48,831 nt of DNA, taken from assembly GCA_964562045.1 (NCBI GenBank), contig CAZLRR010000003.1, forward strand, positions 1 to 48,831. Direction: 5' to 3'. The stretch comes from an uncultured Methanosarcinales archaeon (GTDB lineage: Archaea > Nanobdellota > Nanobdellia > Woesearchaeales > UBA583). The notes beneath the pieces are model-generated. The model was given only the letters and a program-made list of their open reading frames with translations. It did no database searches and was not told the DNA's origin. The position numbers and the translations under genes are program-made. Shown here piece after piece: positions 45,219-48,831 of the stretch (position 1 is the first letter of the stretch; each line of letters begins with the position of its first letter).

Positions 45219-46061
45219 TCAGCTTAACTGATTATTCTTGCTAAAATGAATTTTCTTTGAATTCTCTTTTGTAACTATTTTTCTACCTGTTTGATTTTCA
45301 ATATCTCTTCTTGTATTTCCAGCAACACTTCCACCTTTTTTTGCAATAGTTTTGCTCTCTTCAAAATCTTTTGGATTCTCAACTTCTGAAAATTCTTTTG
45401 TTGTAATTTCTGCAAGCATATTTAATACTAACTCCATATTTGTCATATTATCTCTTAGATTTTCTCTTTTTAAACTTTTAAAATTCTTGTATTCTCTAAC
45501 ACTTTTACCTGACCAAGCCATAGTAATTTCGTTTGTGAGTATTGCATATTCATTAGGTTTATCAATTCCCGCCCTATTCCATTCATCAGTCAATTCTTTT
45601 CTAATATCAATTGATTTAAGTCTTTGATTTATCCATTCTTTTGAATATCCTTTTTTTGAATAATTATTCAATGCACGAGTTATAGAAATTTCTGGATCTT
45701 CAATTTCTTTAATTCTATCATCTCCAACTTGGGCAAGCCATAATTTAAATGGTTCCGCTTTCTTTGAAGGCACAGACTGAATTAGTCTTAATAATTGTTT
45801 TGTATTAGCAACATCAGTTTTGTAAAACTTTCCATCAGAGGATTGCATTTTCAGTTGGTTACAATTTGTAACCGACTGATTCCCTTCATCTAAAAGCCTT
45901 GATTTTAACACTTTCCAATAATTTCTAGCACCCTGATAATCGTTCTCTGTTAAAATTGCTATAACATCAACTATTGAAAAATACCACTCTTCTTCAATCT
46001 CATTCCATTGAACCCTTATTTTCTTATCACTAAACAATTTGATTGAATTATTTTTTGTCAT
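45219..46061 (-). CDS. dinD: Bro-N domain protein, DinD (DNA-damage-inducible protein D) family
   Basis: Bro-N pattern IKLFSDKKIRVQWNEIEEEWYFSIVDVIAIL. The C-terminal half (MTNMELVLNMLAEITTKE ... GGSVAGNTRRDIENQTG) resembles E. coli DinD as I recall it. Not searched. Confidence 0.65.
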   Translation of the reverse strand: MTKNNSIKLFSDKKIRVQWNEIEEEWYFSIVDVIAILTENDYQGARNYWKVLKSRLLDEGNQSVTNCNQLKMQSSDGKFYKTDVANTKQLLRLIQSVPSKKAEPFKLWLAQVGDDRIKEIEDPEISITRALNNYSKKGYSKEWINQRLKSIDIRKELTDEWNRAGIDKPNEYAILTNEITMAWSGKSVREYKNFKSLKRENLRDNMTNMELVLNMLAEITTKEFSEVENPKDFEESKTIAKKGGSVAGNTRRDIENQTGRKIVTKENSKKIHFSKNNQLS

Positions 46062-46083
46062 AATTATTTTTATAAAATTTACA

Positions 46084-46114
46084 TTTATAAATCTACCTAA
46101 TGAAGTGAGTAGAA
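46084..46114 (-). promoter_or_regulatory. Upstream element TTCTACTCACTTCAT + 5 nt + AGATTTATAAA (promoter of the dinD-like gene)
   Basis: On the minus strand the 15-mer is at 46100-46114 and the BRE/TATA block at 46084-46094, followed by a 22-nt spacer to ATG 46061. Confidence 0.7.
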
Positions 46115-46118
46115 AATT

Positions 46119-46751
46119 TTACTTCTTAGCATATTTCGAATAAACTTTCTTTATCGGTTTCTTGTATGTCTTTTTATATGTTGGTTTAGATGTTATTTTA
46201 TCCGTTGTTTTATTTGTTACATTAGTTGCAGTTTTAGGTTTTGAGTAAGATTTCTTAGTGGTATTTTTTACCAAATCTCCAAGAACACTCTTTTCCTGAG
46301 GCCTATTCCAAAATTTAAGTTTTTCAAAAAAGCCATATTTCTTTTTCGTTGTTTTCTCATAAACCTCAATAATGTTTTTCATAGCATCAACTCTCCCCTC
46401 TAGGTGAGATAAAATACTATCTAAAATATAATTTTTCCAATCTTTATTGAAATGATACATCGGAACAAAAAAAATACCGCATTGCTTGTAAATTCCTTTT
46501 TTGTGGTCCGCAGATTTTTTATAATTCTCATCATATTTATACATTCCAAAATATTCAATAACAATCTGATAATCTGTCAAATAAAAATCCGGATACCAAA
46601 GTTTTGTTTTATCCTCATCTTTTACAGCAATTGGAAACTCATACTCAAAATTAATTTCCTGAGCAGTTAAAAATTTTGCAATTTCAAGTTCTCCTTTACT
46701 CTTATAATTTATTCCCTTGAAAGGATATTCTCTAAATTTTTTATTTATCAT
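46119..46751 (-). CDS. PD-(D/E)xK-superfamily nuclease-like protein (Vsr/DUF559-like core) with a Lys/Thr-rich tail
   Basis: Core pattern KSKGELEIAKFL ... FEYEF ... WYPDFYL ... IVIEYFG. Confidence 0.5.
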   Translation of the reverse strand: MINKKFREYPFKGINYKSKGELEIAKFLTAQEINFEYEFPIAVKDEDKTKLWYPDFYLTDYQIVIEYFGMYKYDENYKKSADHKKGIYKQCGIFFVPMYHFNKDWKNYILDSILSHLEGRVDAMKNIIEVYEKTTKKKYGFFEKLKFWNRPQEKSVLGDLVKNTTKKSYSKPKTATNVTNKTTDKITSKPTYKKTYKKPIKKVYSKYAKK

Positions 46752-46793
46752 AATTAATTATAATTTAAATGGTATATAAAAGTTTGTTTGAAT

Positions 46794-47150
46794 TTAAAAA
46801 TTTCTAGAACCAATCCTATCAAAACACTCAAATTTAATTTCTTTATCTTTAAACACTTCCAAAACTTTATATTTGCCTTTAGTATAAACTTTATTATCTT
46901 TAATAAAATGTGTTGCTTCTAATATTTGTATTCCTGCAATAGGTCTTGATAAAACTCCTCCGCCCTTAGTTTCAATTAAAGGAATTTCTCCAAATAGCCA
47001 ATAATTTCTTTGATCTACTTTCAAAAAATCATAAACTTTTCCTTCTTCTAAATTCTTTGGAATACATTCTTCTTCTTTTCTATTTCCTTTTTCAAACTCT
47101 TCGAAATTTCTCAAAGCTAAATCTGGATTAAATTCAACATTAATTCCCAT
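46794..47150 (-). CDS. Hypothetical protein
   Basis: 118-aa ORF with an ATG start. No recognised motif. Confidence 0.5.
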   Translation of the reverse strand: MGINVEFNPDLALRNFEEFEKGNRKEEECIPKNLEEGKVYDFLKVDQRNYWLFGEIPLIETKGGGVLSRPIAGIQILEATHFIKDNKVYTKGKYKVLEVFKDKEIKFECFDRIGSRNF

Positions 47151-47181
47151 AATAAACTTAAAAATCTAAACTTTAAAAAGT

Positions 47182-47949
47182 TTAGTATTCAAAATCATCA
47201 TTGAGTGAAATAAAATTAGACTGTCCCATCTGCTCTTTTATCAAATACTTTCTTGCAACAAGAGTTGCGATATTTCTAGAAACTGAAGATTTAGGAATAT
47301 GCATTTTTGATTCTATTTCTTTTTGAGTTTGTTTTCCCCCTGTTTTTATGATTTCAAGGATTTGTTTTTGACGCTCAGTTAAAATTTCATATTTGATTTT
47401 CTCTTTTCCTGATGAACTTTTTTTTGTAAGAGATTCATGCTTTTCTAAAAGAGTTTTATTGCTATAATTTACTTTAAACATAAGTCCAACAACAATTAAA
47501 GCAATCATAATAAAAAGCCCTGCAAGAATCAAAACACCCGAAGAATAAAAACTTCCTGAAGAAAAACCAATCGTATATTGAATTTGAATATTCAAATTTT
47601 GGTTACTTGCAAGCCCAATAATTTTAATTCTCTCACCTTCCTGAGCAATACGAAAATTCTTAGTTGTTTTAACATAATTTATATTCGCATTTTCGGGCAA
47701 AATTACTTCATAAATGTATTCATCAAAAACTTCAGAAGAACTAATATTCAAAAGCCAAAACTCACCTTTTTTTGAGGTGAAATTTTGAGTCTGTGAAAGA
47801 TTTTCAAAAGAAGGAGAATTTGTAACACCATCAATTTTAACAAGTCCAGAAGAATCAACATCAAAAGTTAAATCAGCATAATAACCTTGTGCAAATACTG
47901 AAAAAGTCGTTAAAACAAATACAAATAGAAAGATTGTCTTTCTTATCAT
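47182..47949 (-). CDS. Membrane-anchored wHTH regulator (signal peptide, extracytoplasmic domain, TM, cytoplasmic MarR-like wHTH)
   Basis: Signal peptide IFLFVFVLTTFSVFA, TM helix VLILAGLFIMIALIVVGLMF, and wHTH LTERQKQILEIIKTGGKQTQKEIESKMHIPKSSVSRNIATLVARKYLIKE. Confidence 0.65.
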   Translation of the reverse strand: MIRKTIFLFVFVLTTFSVFAQGYYADLTFDVDSSGLVKIDGVTNSPSFENLSQTQNFTSKKGEFWLLNISSSEVFDEYIYEVILPENANINYVKTTKNFRIAQEGERIKIIGLASNQNLNIQIQYTIGFSSGSFYSSGVLILAGLFIMIALIVVGLMFKVNYSNKTLLEKHESLTKKSSSGKEKIKYEILTERQKQILEIIKTGGKQTQKEIESKMHIPKSSVSRNIATLVARKYLIKEQMGQSNFISLNDDFEY

Positions 47950-48018
47950 TAGTTTAGTACCACTTTATACTTTAAAAAGATTACTAATATTTATAAATAG
48001 TAAAATTACAGAAAAAAC

Positions 48019-48342
48019 ATGAAGAAAAAATTGTCCAATATTGAATTGATGAGTTTAATAATTATAATTTTTTTGCTGTTGATAATTGTCCTTTTACTCA
48101 AACATAATTCGAACGAATTTTCTATTGTAGAAGGGCGTGTTGTTCAGGTTTATGAACCTACAAATGGAATAATTGTTGGAGTGACAGAGATTCTAGAAGC
48201 CTCAGAAATCCAACCACAAATTGGAGAAGAACTTTATATCCATAATCTTGATAAAAAATATGAAAGAGGAGACACAATAATTTTTACTTATGAAGAAAAA
48301 GAAATTAATATTCTTAAAGTCAAAAAACCAACATTTGAGTAA
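48019..48342 (+). CDS. Hypothetical N-terminally anchored protein
   Basis: 107 aa with a TM helix (LMSLIIIIFLLLIIVLLL). A TATA block lies upstream. Confidence 0.5.
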   Translation: MKKKLSNIELMSLIIIIFLLLIIVLLLKHNSNEFSIVEGRVVQVYEPTNGIIVGVTEILEASEIQPQIGEELYIHNLDKKYERGDTIIFTYEEKEINILKVKKPTFE

Positions 48343-48346
48343 ATTT

Positions 48347-48377
48347 TTCTACTCATTTCATAGCCAAGTTTTTTAAA
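48347..48377 (+). promoter_or_regulatory. Upstream element TTCTACTCATTTCAT + 5 nt + AGTTTTTTAAA (promoter of the DUF1016_N gene)
   Basis: The 15-mer is at 48347-48361 and the BRE/TATA block at 48367-48377, followed by a 22-nt spacer to ATG 48400. Confidence 0.7.
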
Positions 48378-48399
48378 GGGAAAAAATAAAATTAATTCT

Positions 48400-48747
48400 A
48401 TGATAGAAAAATCAAATTATAAAAAACTAATTTCTGAGGTGAAAAAAATAGTACTACTCTCGAAATCAAAAATATATTCAACAATAAATATAACTTTAGT
48501 TAAAACTTATTATAAAATTGGTAAATATATTCTAAGTTACTTAGAAGAAAATAAAGAAAATGAAAACATATTTTTTGAAAAGTTAACAAAAGAATTAAAG
48601 TCTGATTTGGGCAAAGGATTTTCAAGATCTAATTTAATTTATATGAGATTATTTGCTAAAAAGTATGATAGTCAGACACTGTCTGACCAGTTAAGTTGGT
48701 CACATTATGTTGAACTTTTAAATATTGGGGTGAGATTAGAAAAATGA
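48400..48747 (+). CDS. YhcG/DUF1016 N-terminal-domain protein lacking the PD-(D/E)xK C-terminal half
   Basis: Motifs YYKIGKYIL, FSRSNLIYMRLFAKKY and LSWSHYVELL. The ORF stops after 115 aa. Confidence 0.6.
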   Translation: MIEKSNYKKLISEVKKIVLLSKSKIYSTINITLVKTYYKIGKYILSYLEENKENENIFFEKLTKELKSDLGKGFSRSNLIYMRLFAKKYDSQTLSDQLSWSHYVELLNIGVRLEK

Positions 48748-48831
48748 ATCAAAAATTAAAACTTGACAAATCATTTTTTGGACAGATTAATTGTTTGAAA
48801 ATTCAATTATCAAGACAAAACGACTGTTATT
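48744..48831 (+). CDS. 5' end of an ORF running off the window (MNQKLKLDKSFFGQINCLKIQLSRQNDCY...)
   Basis: ATGA start/stop overlap with the preceding gene. It is open to the window end. No motif. Confidence 0.25.
   Translation, partial: MNQKLKLDKSFFGQINCLKIQLSRQNDCY

Overview
Strongly AT-rich archaeal genome fragment. I infer a small-genome, DPANN-like archaeon from four things: the archaeal-order cluster rps13-rps4-rps11-rpoD-rpl13-rps9-rps27e, TATA blocks about 22 nt upstream of start codons, a Lys/Asn/Ile-rich proteome, and many bacterial-type genes. The left edge carries a 9-repeat CRISPR array with no cas genes in the window. It is followed by a full-length M3-type [FeFe]-hydrogenase. 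An AbiEi/AbiEii cassette sits at the 3' end of hydA, flanked by 147-bp direct repeats of the hydA terminus. Next comes an AT-rich accessory stretch with membrane/wHTH proteins, a PIN nuclease and an Rnl2-like RNA ligase. After that, in order: ArsR-IscS-IscU, a thioredoxin/CcdA-like pair, a GPAT/PlsC-like acyltransferase, DAHP synthase, uvrB, a 1053-aa beta-helix surface protein, Dus + Trm11, an unknown 3-gene AT-rich cassette, a MarR-MacB-type ABC operon, PRC-barrel genes, the ribosomal/RNAP cluster, a DUF1704 peptidase, a 1085-aa secreted esterase/LamG protein and a U32 peptidase. The right end is an accessory island with a DinD/Bro-N homologue, a PD-(D/E)xK nuclease, a membrane-anchored wHTH protein and a DUF1016_N protein. 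The most notable observation is a rigidly positioned 15-nt element, TTCTACTCAnTTCAT, lying 5 nt upstream of the BRE/TATA block of uvrB, the dinD-like gene, the PIN gene and the DUF1016_N gene. It is a candidate, apparently undescribed, archaeal DNA-damage/defence regulon signal. I saw no rRNA or tRNA genes by eye. All protein calls rest on recognised motifs in the supplied translations; no database search was possible.
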